Made by a program: the position numbers and the translations under genes. A stretch of 64,000 bases of DNA. Origin: an uncultured Verrucomicrobia subdivision 3 bacterium (GTDB lineage Bacteria > Verrucomicrobiota > Verrucomicrobiia > Limisphaerales > UBA11358). The DNA lies in the NCBI GenBank assembly GCA_903858275.1, contig CAIOIC010000017.1:5930-69929 (forward strand), given 5' to 3'. Every line of letters begins with the position of its first letter. Position 1 is the stretch's first letter. The notes below the pieces were generated by a model. It saw only the letters and a program-made list of their open reading frames with translations, ran no database searches and was not told the origin of the DNA. Below, one piece after another: positions 18,178-28,294 of this stretch.

Positions 18178-19500
18178 ATGCACGATTTCGCCCCATTCCT
18201 GCCGCTGATCGGCGCAATGCTGGCGTTGGTGAGTCTGGCATGTGCGTTTCGCAATGGCCGGCGGCTGCGGCTGATTGCCAACCTGCCAACCTCCAAAACT
18301 TCCGGCGTCTTCATCGGCTTCGTGGAACTCAAAGGCACGGCGGAATCGGCTGGACCGTTGACCAGCTATCTCGCAGAGCAGTCCTGCCTCCATTATGCCT
18401 GGACAGTGTAGGAGCACTGGTCGCGCACGGTCACAACGACGGAAACGGACAGCAAGGGCAACACACGCACCGTCACCCGCCACGAGAGCGGCTGGACGCA
18501 GGTGGCCAACGGCGGTGAGACCATCCCGTTTTATTTGCAGGATAATGGCGGGGTGATCTTGATTCAACCTGAAGGGGCAACGATTGAACACTTAAAAATG
18601 TTTGAGGAGACCTGCACGCCACTGAACCCGCTTTACTACGGCAAAGGCCCGGCAGGTGCCGTGGCCAATTCTGATGGTCGCCGCCGTTTTGTCGAAATGG
18701 GCATTCCGGTAAAAGCCGAGCTTTACATCGTCGGCCAGTCGCGGGAACGGCAGGACATCGTCGCGCCGGAGATTGCGGCGGATGAACACGCGCCGATGTT
18801 TCTCATCTCCACGCGCAGCGAGGAACAAGTTAGCAGCGGAATGAAATGGGGCGCGCGCTGCTGGACGATTTTTGGTCTGCTGTCGGTGGACGGCTTCACG
18901 GTCTGGCGGGATGGCGCGTTGAATGTGGATCCCCGATCGCGCATCGCAATCTATGTGGCGATTGCCGCCGGATATTTATTTCTCGGCTTGCTCGCGTGGA
19001 TTTGGATGGTGTTCAACAGCCTCGTGGATGTGCGCCAGCGGGTGCATGCGGCTTGGGCGCTGGTGGACATCCAGTTGAAACGCCGATTTGATCTGATTCC
19101 CAATCTGGTGAACTGCGTGAAAGGTTACAGCGATCACGAAGCACAGTTGCAGACGGAACTGGCGGCCTTGCGAAATCAACTGGTGGCCACGCCGCCGGGC
19201 GTGGCCGGGCCGGATCACGGCGCGGTGAGCAATGTCATTGTCGGCATCGCCGAGCGTTATCCGGAGCTGAAGGCGAGCGAATCGTTTCTAGCGCTGCAAA
19301 AAAATCTGTCCGACACCGAGCAGCGAATCGCATTGGCGCGAAGTTACTTCAACGAAATCGCCACGCACTACAACACGCGGCTGGAAATCGTGCCGGAAGG
19401 ATACGTGGCGCTGCTCGGCGCGATGAAACCACAACCGCTGATGGAGGCAAATGAATTTGAACGCGCAGCGGTGACGGTTGATTTTACGCCGAAGAATTGA
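18178..19500 (+). pseudogene. GIDE-domain / LemA-domain membrane protein gene interrupted by a single in-frame TAG (18409-18411)
   Basis: Track ORFs 18178..18411 and 18502..19500 are in the same frame. The only stop between them is TAG at 18409, and the reading ...SCLHYAWTV*EHWSRTVTTTETDSKGNTRTV... is continuous. The N-terminus has a TM helix and the middle resembles a GIDE domain. A second TM region follows, then a LemA block NSLVDVRQRVHAAWALVDIQLKRRFDLIPNLVNCVKGY. Confidence 0.7.
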
Positions 19501-19506
19501 GGCTGC

Positions 19507-20004
19507 CTACGAAAGGGTCTGCACGGTTTCGGCGCGGATGATAAGCCAGCTGCCGTCCACTTTCTTGAACTGAAAGCGCATTTCCTGCACGCCGTAATCC
19601 TTGCGGTCGCCGGCGTTGACCTTGGCCGTGCAACTGACATCGGCCGTTTGTTTATCCGCGCCGAGCCGGACCGTCACATCGAGAAACTCGACGTTTAGCG
19701 TAGGTTGACTGGTAAAGCCGGCCAGGGCGGCCTCCCGGATTTCATCGCGCCCGGAAATTGTGTGACCATTACGCCCACTCACGACAATGATGATTTGGGC
19801 ATCCGGCGCAAACAGGCTGACAAGAGCATTGGCTTTGCCGACGCGGGTGAGGTTGCTGTCGCCGAATTTTAAAGTAGCATTGGCCGCGAGGCTAGAGATT
19901 TTTCGCTGAATCACTTTTTCGGGACTGGGAAAGAAAATGGTCCAAAGCCAAGCAAAGAGAGTTCCAATAATAACCAGAAGCAGTATGCGAAAAACGGGTT
20001 TCAT
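19507..20004 (-). CDS. membrane-anchored NTF2/SnoaL-like hypothetical protein
   Basis: ATG at 20004 gives MKPVFRILLLVIIGTLFAWLWTIFF (one TM) followed by about 130 aa in an alpha+beta-like pattern. The ATG overlaps the lepB stop (ATGA at 20001-20004). The longer track start adds an Arg/Pro-rich non-protein-like leader. Confidence 0.55.
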   Translation of the reverse strand: MKPVFRILLLVIIGTLFAWLWTIFFPSPEKVIQRKISSLAANATLKFGDSNLTRVGKANALVSLFAPDAQIIIVVSGRNGHTISGRDEIREAALAGFTSQPTLNVEFLDVTVRLGADKQTADVSCTAKVNAGDRKDYGVQEMRFQFKKVDGSWLIIRAETVQTLS

Positions 20005-20564
20005 AATAATAATTTTCCGACGATGTGGTCGCGCTCGGCTCGGCCCTGGGTGTGAAGACCGAACGGCATGGAACGGTTGTCGCCCACAACATAATATTGG
20101 GTCGGCCCGCACCGAATGGGTTCATGTTCCCAATGGCAGGTAAGTTTGACGTAAGGTTCGGCGAGCGGCTGGCCGTTGATATAGACGCGGCCGCCATGAA
20201 TAGAAACTGTCTCGCCAGGTAATCCAACGATGCGCTTCATGAACATGATGCTCGTGCCGGCCAGACGCACGGAAACAATGTCGCCCCGGCGTGGTTCATG
20301 GCGCACATAGGCGAGGCGGTTGACGGCGTTGAACTGGTGTTCGTGATAGGTCGGCAGCATCGAAATGCCTTCGACGCGAATGGGCAGCAGAATGAACTTG
20401 AACGTGACGAAGCATGTCACCACTAGCACCGCAATACGAATCAGCGTAAACTTGGGGCGCCGACCAATCGCCAGCACACGTAGCCAGTGGGGGTGATGCT
20501 CATTCTCGCTTGGCACACCGGTATTAAACCGGAAACCGGCGGAAAGTTGCGAGCAAACAATCAT
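20001..20564 (-). CDS. lepB: signal peptidase I
   Basis: N-terminal TM, EGISMLPTY (S26 Ser box), a KRIVGLPGE Lys box and VVGDNRSMPF. Confidence 0.8.
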   Translation of the reverse strand: MIVCSQLSAGFRFNTGVPSENEHHPHWLRVLAIGRRPKFTLIRIAVLVVTCFVTFKFILLPIRVEGISMLPTYHEHQFNAVNRLAYVRHEPRRGDIVSVRLAGTSIMFMKRIVGLPGETVSIHGGRVYINGQPLAEPYVKLTCHWEHEPIRCGPTQYYVVGDNRSMPFGLHTQGRAERDHIVGKLLL

Positions 20565-20608
20565 TCCACGGTTGAGTCCCGCGCTTTTTCGAGTAAAATT
20601 TCCGCTCT

Positions 20609-23407
20609 ATGTCGAGCAGCCGCAGACAATATCCGTTTCACCTGATCGAGCCCAAGTGGCAAAAAACTTGGGATGAGCAACAGGCTTTCCGCGCGTTCAA
20701 TCCAGGTGAAGAAGTGCCAGCGAGCCACCCTTTCGGTGTGCGTCACGGACTCTCTGGCAAGGTGGCCGCAACGCAGTTGCCTCCGAAATATTACATCCTC
20801 GACATGTTTCCGTATCCGAGCGGCGCGGGATTGCATGTCGGCCATCCCGAAGGCTACACGGCTACGGACATTCTCGCGCGCTATCGTCGCACCTGCGGCT
20901 TCAACGTGCTGCATCCGATGGGTTGGGATTCGTTCGGCCTGCCGGCTGAGCAATACGCCGTCAAGACCGGCCAGCATCCGCGCGTCACTACCGAGGCGAA
21001 CATTGCTAACTTCACGCGCCAGATCAAAAGCCTGGGCTTCAGCTACGACTGGTCGCGCGAACTCGCCACGACCGACGTAGAATACTTCAAGTGGACGCAG
21101 TGGATTTTTCTGAAGCTCTACAACAGTTATTTTGATCCTGAATGGAAAAAAGCTGCGCCAATCGAATTTTTACAGGACGCGCTATCCGATAACCCGAATC
21201 TCAAGAACATGTGGGAAAGTAATTCGTATTTGGTAAATACGAATAAGCTTTGGAACGAAGCAAAGCCAGAGGTGCGTGATGAATTTCGCTCGATAGTGAT
21301 CGAACGCGCTCGCCTTGCTTACGTTTCCGAAGCGCCGGTGAACTGGTGCCCCGAACTCGGCACGGTGCTGGCGAACGAGGAAGTCATCGACGGCAAGAGC
21401 GAAGTTGGCGGTTTCCCGGTCATCCGCAAGCCGATGCGCCAATGGATGCTCCGCATCACCGCCTACGCTGAGAAACTGCTGGCCGACCTCGACACGATTG
21501 ACTGGAGCGATTCCCTCAAGGAAATGCAGCGGAACTGGATCGGCCGCAGCGAAGGCGCGGAAGTGGATTTCAAGGTCGCCGATTCGAATGAGATGATCCG
21601 CGTCTTCACCACGCGCCCAGACACATTGTTTGGCGCGACCTACATGGTGCTTGCGCCGGAACATCGTCTGGTGGACGAAATTGTTACCGAGGAACAAAGC
21701 ATTGCCGTTGAGAACTACCGCGAACACACCGCGCGCAAAAGTGACATCGAACGCACCGAGCTCGCTAAGGAAAAATCCGGTGTGTTCACCGGCGCTTACG
21801 CCATCAATCCGGTCAACGGAGAGCAGATTCCAATCTGGATTGCCGACTACGTGCTCGCCAGCTATGGCACGGGCGCGATCATGGCCGTGCCGGCACATGA
21901 CACACGCGACTTTGAATTTGCACAAAAGTTTAATTTGCCAGTCATTCAAGTGGTGCAGCCGAGCGAAGCGAAAGCGGAATGGCAAGGTTTCACCGACGAC
22001 GGCACGGCGGTTAACTCTGGCTTCCTCAACGGCCTGCCCACCACCGAATCAAAATGTAAAATTACCGCCTGGCTCGAAGAAAAGGGTCTTGGCAAGAAGA
22101 CCATCAATTATAAACTGCGCGACTGGCTGTTCAGCCGGCAGCGCTACTGGGGCGAGCCTTTTCCGATTGTTTGGAAAAAAGGACCTAGCGGTCAGCCACC
22201 TTATCACGAGGCATTGCCGGAAAGTTCTTTGCCGCTGCTGCCGCCGACGCTGGAGGATTACAAACCCACCGCTGGCGGTGAACCACCGCTCGCCCGCGCA
22301 AAAGACTGGATGAACGAAATTCCTGGTGCGACGCGCGAAACAAACACCATGCCGCAATGGGCTGGATCGTGCTGGTATTATCTCCGTTACACCGATGTGA
22401 AGAACGCGCAGTCGTTCGTCGGCAAGGACGCGGATAATTATTGGATGGCCTCGAATGGCAAAGCAGCGGGCGTGGATCTCTACGTCGGCGGCACGGAACA
22501 CGCGGTGTTGCATCTGCTTTACGCGCGTTTCTGGCACAAGGTGTTGTTCGACCTCGGCTACGTCGCGACGCCGGAACCGTTTTACAAACTCGTCAATCAA
22601 GGCCTGATTCTCGGCGAAGATGGCCAGAAGATGTCGAAGTCGCGCGGCAATGTGGTGAATCCCGACGACGTGCTCGTGGATTATGGCGCGGATGCGTTCC
22701 GGCTTTACGAGATGTTCATGGGGCCGCTGCAGGACACGAAGCCGTGGAATACCAAGGGCGTCGAGGGCGTGTATCGTTTCCTCGGCCGCACGTGGCGCTT
22801 GTTCGTGGATGAAAAATCGGAAACGGCGTTTGAGCAGGCAGAAGCTTTGGCCACAGAGGCACAGAGCCACAGAGAATTACTGGACTTGATTCTGCTTGAT
22901 GGTGGCATCACCGACATCGCCGCGACACTGGCACAACTCAAGGCCTTACACGCGTGCATCAAGAAAGTCACTGAAGACTTGGATGGCATGCGCTTCAACA
23001 CCGCCATTTCGGCGATGATGGTTTTCATCAACGAAGCAATGACGTGGCAAAACAAGCCCGTGACCGTGATGAAGCCGTTTCTGCAACTGCTCGCGCCGTT
23101 CGCACCGCACATCGCGGAAGAACTCTGGGCGCGGTTGCACGGCACGTTCGGCCAAGCGACGACCTCGCTCGCCTACGCGCCATGGCCCAAGTTTGACGCC
23201 GCATTGCTCGTCGAGAGTGAGATTGAGATTCCGGTGCAGGTGAACGGTAAGTTCCGCGATGTCATCAAAGTCGCTGTGGAAGCGGACAACGCCACCATCG
23301 AGGCGGCGGCAAAGGCGGCAGAGAAGGCTCAACCATTTCTCGTCGGCAAAACCATCAAGAAGGTCATCATCGTGCCGAAGAAGATGGTGAACCTGATTGC
23401 TGGTTAG
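20609..23407 (+). CDS. leuS: leucine--tRNA ligase
   Basis: 932 aa with [17 protein letters not shown] (HIGH) and KMSKSRGN (KMSKS). LeuS-like along the full length. Confidence 0.95.
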   Translation: MSSSRRQYPFHLIEPKWQKTWDEQQAFRAFNPGEEVPASHPFGVRHGLSGKVAATQLPPKYYILDMFPYPSGAGLHVGHPEGYTATDILARYRRTCGFNVLHPMGWDSFGLPAEQYAVKTGQHPRVTTEANIANFTRQIKSLGFSYDWSRELATTDVEYFKWTQWIFLKLYNSYFDPEWKKAAPIEFLQDALSDNPNLKNMWESNSYLVNTNKLWNEAKPEVRDEFRSIVIERARLAYVSEAPVNWCPELGTVLANEEVIDGKSEVGGFPVIRKPMRQWMLRITAYAEKLLADLDTIDWSDSLKEMQRNWIGRSEGAEVDFKVADSNEMIRVFTTRPDTLFGATYMVLAPEHRLVDEIVTEEQSIAVENYREHTARKSDIERTELAKEKSGVFTGAYAINPVNGEQIPIWIADYVLASYGTGAIMAVPAHDTRDFEFAQKFNLPVIQVVQPSEAKAEWQGFTDDGTAVNSGFLNGLPTTESKCKITAWLEEKGLGKKTINYKLRDWLFSRQRYWGEPFPIVWKKGPSGQPPYHEALPESSLPLLPPTLEDYKPTAGGEPPLARAKDWMNEIPGATRETNTMPQWAGSCWYYLRYTDVKNAQSFVGKDADNYWMASNGKAAGVDLYVGGTEHAVLHLLYARFWHKVLFDLGYVATPEPFYKLVNQGLILGEDGQKMSKSRGNVVNPDDVLVDYGADAFRLYEMFMGPLQDTKPWNTKGVEGVYRFLGRTWRLFVDEKSETAFEQAEALATEAQSHRELLDLILLDGGITDIAATLAQLKALHACIKKVTEDLDGMRFNTAISAMMVFINEAMTWQNKPVTVMKPFLQLLAPFAPHIAEELWARLHGTFGQATTSLAYAPWPKFDAALLVESEIEIPVQVNGKFRDVIKVAVEADNATIEAAAKAAEKAQPFLVGKTIKKVIIVPKKMVNLIAG
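22850..22876 (+). repeat. in-frame copy of the CACAGAG repeat unit array inside leuS
   Basis: gCCACAGAGgCACAGAGcCACAGAGaa: three CACAGAG units with an 8-nt period, translating as ATEAQSHRE. It is nearly identical to the left arm plus loop of the intergenic palindrome at 32595-32620. Confidence 0.85.
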
Positions 23408-24141
23408 GTTTGGATGAATTTACGGAAAAACTCCCCAGCTTTGCGTTGGAGAATTTTTATCAAGCGGTCGTCCTTTTTTATGAAAACGGGAAGCCGCTTT
23501 TGCAACTCTGGATCGCCCGCTATGCTGACCCCTCTGGTGTCATTATAGTGCGCCACAATAAGATCTAGATGGTGGCAGACAAACGCCGGATGCTGGAAAC
23601 AACGGATATTCAAATCCCAATCGGCCCAGATGCGATATCGCAGATTATAATCGCCAATCTTTTCGAACACCGTCCGCCGGTAAAAAATTGCCTGGTGACA
23701 GATATTCTTCTCAAACAGCAGCCGGTCCAAATCGAATGCCCCGGCGTAGCGGCTGGTATCGCTTCGGAGGATGACATCGCCGTAAACCAAATCACCAGAC
23801 GACTGACGGGAAATGAATTCCTTCACACACCGCAACGTATCAGGCTGGTGCAGACGGTCATCTGACCCCAGGAAATATAGCCATTGTCCGCGGGCAAGGC
23901 GTATGCCTTTATTCATGGCAGCAAATACGCCGGCATCTTTTTCGCTCCGAAGACTCAACCGCCCCACAAAGGCTGGGGCAAGGCGCGAAACCACCTCCAC
24001 TGTTTTATCTGTTGAGCCACCATCCAACACCAGGATTTCAAAATCTGGGAACGTTTGGCGGCGGAGGCTTTCCAGACACTCTGCGACAAATGATTCAGCA
24101 CCATAAGTCGGGATAATGATTGAGAAAAACGGGGAGGACAT
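23404..24141 (-). CDS. family 2 glycosyltransferase
   Basis: [34 protein letters not shown] and FLGSDD (DxD-like). ATG at 24141; the track start at 24150 is TTG. The 3' end converges on and overlaps the leuS stop by 4 nt. Confidence 0.8.
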   Translation of the reverse strand: MSSPFFSIIIPTYGAESFVAECLESLRRQTFPDFEILVLDGGSTDKTVEVVSRLAPAFVGRLSLRSEKDAGVFAAMNKGIRLARGQWLYFLGSDDRLHQPDTLRCVKEFISRQSSGDLVYGDVILRSDTSRYAGAFDLDRLLFEKNICHQAIFYRRTVFEKIGDYNLRYRIWADWDLNIRCFQHPAFVCHHLDLIVAHYNDTRGVSIAGDPELQKRLPVFIKKDDRLIKILQRKAGEFFRKFIQT

Positions 24142-24172
24142 CAGCCGCAAAGAGGCAATTGTTTAGTCGGAT

Positions 24173-25102
24173 TCATTTATCTGCTCCGGCGAGAATGGTC
24201 TGAAAGTGCGGCGGCTGTTCTTCGGCGGCAACGATGCTGATTTCAATTTTCTTGAAACCGGCTTCCTCCAGCCAGCGGTGCAGGTCGCTTTCTGCAAAGC
24301 CCAGCCAACGGTCGCCGTAAAGTTCGTGGGCTTTTTCAAACGTGTGGGCGAGCAAATCCAAAATCAAAATCTGCCCGCCGGATTTGAGCAATTTAGCCGC
24401 GCTCGCCAGCGCCGCTGCCGGATTTTCGGCGTGATGCAGCGCCTGGCTAAGAATCACCAAGTCAACACTGGCAGCCTCGATCGGCGGGTTCTGCAGGTCG
24501 CCCTGACGAAATTCGAGATTTTTTAGGCCGTTTTTCTTCGCCTTAGCCGCGCCGAACGCAACGATTTTTTCCGAGTTGTCCACGGCGATGACTTTTTTGC
24601 ACCGGCGCGCAAGCAGTTCGCTCAACAAACCTTCGCCCGCACCCAAGTCGGCGACGGTAATGGCCGGCAGCATCCGCAGAAGCAAATGCCCGAACGCCTG
24701 CCAGGAACGGCCCGGCCCGTAAACGCGGTCGAAACGGCCGGCGACTTGATTGAAGTAAACTTGTGCCTGTTCCTTGCGGCGCGCGAGCACGCGCTTCAAA
24801 TTGATCTGGTCGCTGTTGTGTTCGGCGAGTTCTTTCGCGCCGCGAATGGCGAGTTGGATGAATTCACCCGCGACGGCATCGGCATTGGGGTTTAGCCGGT
24901 AAAACGTGCGCTTGCCTTCGCGACGCGATTTCACGAGCGCGCAGTCCGCGAGCAGGCCGAGGTGCGTTGATATGCGCGATTGGCCGAGCCGCGTGACCTC
25001 CTGCAACTCGTTGACGGAGAGTTCGTCCTTCTCCAGCAACGCGACGATGCGCAGCCGCGTTGGGTCGGATAAGGCCCGCAAAGATTTCAAGGTTGAGGTC
25101 AT
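24173..25102 (-). CDS. sahR: ArsR-family wHTH regulator fused to a SAM-methyltransferase-like domain (SahR-like)
   Basis: LKSLRALSDPTRLRIVALLEKDELSVNELQEVTRLGQSRISTHL is an ArsR HTH. The C-terminal half carries the class I MTase motif I, VADLGAGEGLL. The gene is divergent from metK-ahcY. ATG at 25102; the track start at 25123 is TTG. Confidence 0.6.
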   Translation of the reverse strand: MTSTLKSLRALSDPTRLRIVALLEKDELSVNELQEVTRLGQSRISTHLGLLADCALVKSRREGKRTFYRLNPNADAVAGEFIQLAIRGAKELAEHNSDQINLKRVLARRKEQAQVYFNQVAGRFDRVYGPGRSWQAFGHLLLRMLPAITVADLGAGEGLLSELLARRCKKVIAVDNSEKIVAFGAAKAKKNGLKNLEFRQGDLQNPPIEAASVDLVILSQALHHAENPAAALASAAKLLKSGGQILILDLLAHTFEKAHELYGDRWLGFAESDLHRWLEEAGFKKIEISIVAAEEQPPHFQTILAGADK

Positions 25103-25141
25103 GGTTATTTTTAGCGCATCCAATTAATTCTGAAATTCCAT

Positions 25142-25187
25142 TTGACGCGTTTCAATTCATATATATCATCCTATCCAGATACGTCAA
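25142..25187. promoter_or_regulatory. candidate back-to-back sigma70-type promoters / operator region between the sahR-like gene and metK
   Basis: TTGACG at 25142-25147 on the + strand, with TATCAT 16 nt downstream (25164-25169). An inverted TTGACG (CGTCAA, 25182-25187) on the - strand has TATATA about 16 nt downstream. A short TATC-nn-GATA inverted repeat lies at 25171-25180. Identified by eye only. Confidence 0.3.
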
Positions 25188-25217
25188 TATGTTGTTGGCG
25201 TTAAACCAAAAAATAAA

Positions 25218-26387
25218 ATGAGCAACCGTTACATCTTCTCTTCTGAATCCGTCGGCGAAGGCCATCCGGACAAAGTGGCCGATACTATTTCTGATGCCGT
25301 GCTGGACGCGTGTCTGGCGCAAGACAAGTTCAGCCGCGTCGCTTGCGAAACCTACGTGAAATCCAACATCGCCATTATCGGCGGTGAAATCACCACGAAG
25401 GCCAAGCTAGATTTCGTTGCGATCGCTCGCAAAGCCATCCGCGAAATCGGCTATGTGAACGACGACGATGTGTTTCATGCGGACAAGGTGTTCGTGAATG
25501 TAATCGTAACCCAGCAGTCTCCTGATATCGCACAGGGCGTTGACGCTCGCAAAGCTAAAGGCAAGAAGACCGCCAAGCAGGGCGCGGGCGACCAAGGCCT
25601 CATGTTTGGCTACGCGTGCAATGAAACCCGCGAACTCATGCCGGCGCCGATTATGTTCGCGCACCGTCTCGGCCGTGAGCTGACCAAGATCCGCAAAGCC
25701 GGCGGCGCCGCGTGGCTCCGTCCCGATGCGAAGTCACAGGTCTCCGTCGTTTACGAAAACGACAAGCCGGTGGCCATCTCCAACGTCGTCATCTCCACGC
25801 AACACGCAGCGGATGTGGAACACGCCGAGATCGAAAAGTTTTGCATCGAGAAGGTCATCAAGAAAGTTCTCCCCGCGAAGCTGCTCACCAAGCAGACCGA
25901 ATTCCTCATCAATCCGACGGGCCGTTTCGTCGTCGGCGGGCCGCAAGGCGACACCGGTTTGACCGGCCGCAAGATCATCGTTGACACCTACGGCGGCATG
26001 GGCCGGCACGGCGGCGGCGCGTTCTCCGGCAAGGACCCGACGAAGGTGGACCGCAGCGCCGCCTACATGGGCCGCTGGGTCGCGAAGAACATCGTGGCCG
26101 CTGGGCTTGCCGCGCGTTGCGAACTCCAGTTCGCCTACGCCATCGGCCATCCGAACCCGGTCAGCGTGCACGTCGAGACTTTCGGCACGAACACCGTTTC
26201 CAACGCGAAAATCATCCGCGCCGTCAACAAGGTGTTCAGCTTCCAGCCGTCGGACATCATCGATCAGCTAAATCTCCGTCGTCCGATTTACTCGAAAACG
26301 ACCAATTACGGTCACTTCGGCAAAAGCGACAAAGACCTCACCTGGGAAGCGACGAACAAGGTCGAGGCCCTGCTCAAAGCAATCTGA
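25218..26387 (+). CDS. metK: S-adenosylmethionine synthetase
   Basis: [37 protein letters not shown] and [28 protein letters not shown]. Confidence 0.95.
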   Translation: MSNRYIFSSESVGEGHPDKVADTISDAVLDACLAQDKFSRVACETYVKSNIAIIGGEITTKAKLDFVAIARKAIREIGYVNDDDVFHADKVFVNVIVTQQSPDIAQGVDARKAKGKKTAKQGAGDQGLMFGYACNETRELMPAPIMFAHRLGRELTKIRKAGGAAWLRPDAKSQVSVVYENDKPVAISNVVISTQHAADVEHAEIEKFCIEKVIKKVLPAKLLTKQTEFLINPTGRFVVGGPQGDTGLTGRKIIVDTYGGMGRHGGGAFSGKDPTKVDRSAAYMGRWVAKNIVAAGLAARCELQFAYAIGHPNPVSVHVETFGTNTVSNAKIIRAVNKVFSFQPSDIIDQLNLRRPIYSKTTNYGHFGKSDKDLTWEATNKVEALLKAI

Positions 26388-26404
26388 AATTAACTGAATT
26401 ATTT

Positions 26405-27832
26405 ATGGCTAAAAAAACTTCCGGCAAGAAAAACGACTTCGCCGTCCGCGACCTCTCGCTCGCCGAGTGGGGCCGCAAGACCATTCAAGTGTCCGAGCAC
26501 GAAATGCCCGGCCTGATGTCCATTCGCGCCAAGTATGGCAAACAAAAGCCGCTCAAAGGCGTGCGCATCACCGGTTCGCTGCACATGACCATCGAGACGG
26601 CGATTCTCATCGAGACGCTCGTGGAACTCGGCGCGTCCGTGCGCTGGGCGAGCTGCAACATCTTCTCGACGCAGGATCATGCCGCCGCCGCGATTGCCGC
26701 CGCCGGCATTCCGGTGTTCGCTCACAAAGGTGAAACCCTCGAAGAATATTGGGATCTTACCCTCCGCGCGCTCACGCACCCAGGCAACAAAGGTCCGCAG
26801 CTCATCGTCGATGACGGTGGTGACGCGACGCTGCTGATCCACAAAGGCTACGAACTCGAAAACGGCGATAAGTGGGTCAACACACCCAGCGACAATCATG
26901 AGGTTGCCGTCATCAAGGCGCTTTTGAAAAAAGTGGCGAAGGAACGCCCCGGCTTCTGGCACACGGTCGTCAAAGATTGGAAAGGTGTTTCCGAAGAAAC
27001 GACCACCGGCGTGCATCGCCTTTACCAGATGCTCGAACAGGGCAAGCTCCTCGTTCCCGCCATCAACGTGAATGACTCCGTCACCAAGTCCAAATTTGAC
27101 AACCTCTACGGCTGCCGCGAATCGCTGGCCGACGGCATCAAGCGCGCGACCGACGTCATGGTCGCCGGCAAAGTTGCCTGCGTCTGCGGTTACGGCGACG
27201 TTGGCAAAGGTTCGGCGCACTCGCTGCGCGGCTTCGGCGCCCGCGTCATCGTCACGGAAATCGACCCGATCAACGCCTTGCAGGCCGCGATGGAAGGTTT
27301 TGAAGTCACGACCGTGGAAGACACGCTCGGCACCGCCGACCTCTACGTCACGACGACCGGCAACAAGGATATCATCACGTTGGAACACATGGCGAAGATG
27401 AAAGACCAAGCCATCGTCTGCAACATCGGCCACTTCGACAACGAGATTCAGGTGGACCGTTTGAACAACGCCAAGGGCGTGAAGAAGCTCACCATCAAGC
27501 CGCAGGTGGATAAATATACCTTCGCCAAGGGCAACAGCATTTACATGCTGGCCGAAGGCCGGCTCGTGAACCTCGGCTGCGCCACCGGCCATCCGAGCTT
27601 CGTGATGAGCAATAGCTTCACCAACCAGGTGCTCGCTCAGCTCGACTTGTGGAAGAACAAGGATAACGCGAAGATCGGCGTCTATCGTCTGCCCAAGAAG
27701 CTCGACGAGGAAGTCGCCCGCCTGCATCTCGAAAAGATCGGCGTAAAGCTGACCAAGCTTTCCAAGTCACAGGCCGAATACCTCGGCGTGCCGGTGGAAG
27801 GCCCCTACAAGCCGGAACATTACCGGTATTAA
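26405..27832 (+). CDS. ahcY: adenosylhomocysteinase
   Basis: ATG at 26405 gives [38 protein letters not shown]..., with [10 protein letters not shown] (NAD site), NIGHFDNEI and a C-terminal YRY. The part of track ORF 26117 upstream of this ATG overlaps metK and is Arg-rich noise. Confidence 0.95.
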   Translation: MAKKTSGKKNDFAVRDLSLAEWGRKTIQVSEHEMPGLMSIRAKYGKQKPLKGVRITGSLHMTIETAILIETLVELGASVRWASCNIFSTQDHAAAAIAAAGIPVFAHKGETLEEYWDLTLRALTHPGNKGPQLIVDDGGDATLLIHKGYELENGDKWVNTPSDNHEVAVIKALLKKVAKERPGFWHTVVKDWKGVSEETTTGVHRLYQMLEQGKLLVPAINVNDSVTKSKFDNLYGCRESLADGIKRATDVMVAGKVACVCGYGDVGKGSAHSLRGFGARVIVTEIDPINALQAAMEGFEVTTVEDTLGTADLYVTTTGNKDIITLEHMAKMKDQAIVCNIGHFDNEIQVDRLNNAKGVKKLTIKPQVDKYTFAKGNSIYMLAEGRLVNLGCATGHPSFVMSNSFTNQVLAQLDLWKNKDNAKIGVYRLPKKLDEEVARLHLEKIGVKLTKLSKSQAEYLGVPVEGPYKPEHYRY

Positions 27833-27854
27833 GCGAATTCAAATCTGGAACACA

Positions 27855-27886
27855 AAAGGCGAACGGAAATTTCCGTTTGCCTTTTT
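27855..27886 (+). terminator. rho-independent terminator after ahcY
   Basis: AAAGGCGAACGGAAA/TTTCCGTTTGCCTTT hairpin with one G-U pair, followed by TTTTT. Confidence 0.7.
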
Positions 27887-27945
27887 GATTTTACCGGCGC
27901 AAAGTCGTTTCACTTCACGCGACTTGTGGTAATTTTGCTTCAGCC

Positions 27946-28281
27946 ATGAATAACCAACCGGAGCCGCCGCTGGATGCGCTGGTGCTAAACGAAATGCAGT
28001 TACTGCTGGCGGAGAAGCGCACGGCACTGGCGACGTTGCGCACCGGCATTGCCATTTTCGCCTTCCCGCTCTCGGTCTTAAGCGTGCTCATCGCCACCTC
28101 CAAAGCCTACGAGTTGCGCGAAGTCATGCACTGGCTGGTGCCACTGGTGCTGATCAATCTCGGCCTCATCGCGCTGGCGGTATATTTGACCACCCGCGCG
28201 CTGCGCAAGATGTGGCACTACGACCGACTGATTGCCGAATATAAGCGCACTCACGCGCGGCTGGCCAAGCTGCTGGCGTGA
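27946..28281 (+). CDS. DUF202 (YidH-like) small membrane protein
   Basis: LLLAEKRTALATLRTGIAIFAFPLSVL fits the LAxERTxLAxxRT pattern. Two to three hydrophobic helices; 111 aa. Confidence 0.6.
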   Translation: MNNQPEPPLDALVLNEMQLLLAEKRTALATLRTGIAIFAFPLSVLSVLIATSKAYELREVMHWLVPLVLINLGLIALAVYLTTRALRKMWHYDRLIAEYKRTHARLAKLLA

Positions 28282-28294
28282 ACGCTTTTTCATT

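Noticed and set aside
18409-18411. TAG in the GIDE/LemA gene as a pyrrolysine or other programmed recoding site
   Set aside because: No pyl genes or recoding signals are visible in the window, and this lineage is not known for Pyl. A nonsense mutation or sequencing error is far more likely.
25103-25217. Possible SAM or SAH riboswitch upstream of metK/ahcY
   Set aside because: The metK leader is only ~115 nt, including promoter elements, and the metK-ahcY spacer is 17 nt. That is too short for SAM-I or SAH riboswitch folds. No matching conserved cores were seen by eye, and a SahR-like protein regulator is present instead.
26399-27727. 442-aa minus-strand ORF antisense to ahcY, and the 96-codon upstream extension of track ORF 26117
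   Set aside because: AhcY is unambiguous from ATG 26405. The extension overlaps metK and is Arg-rich noise.
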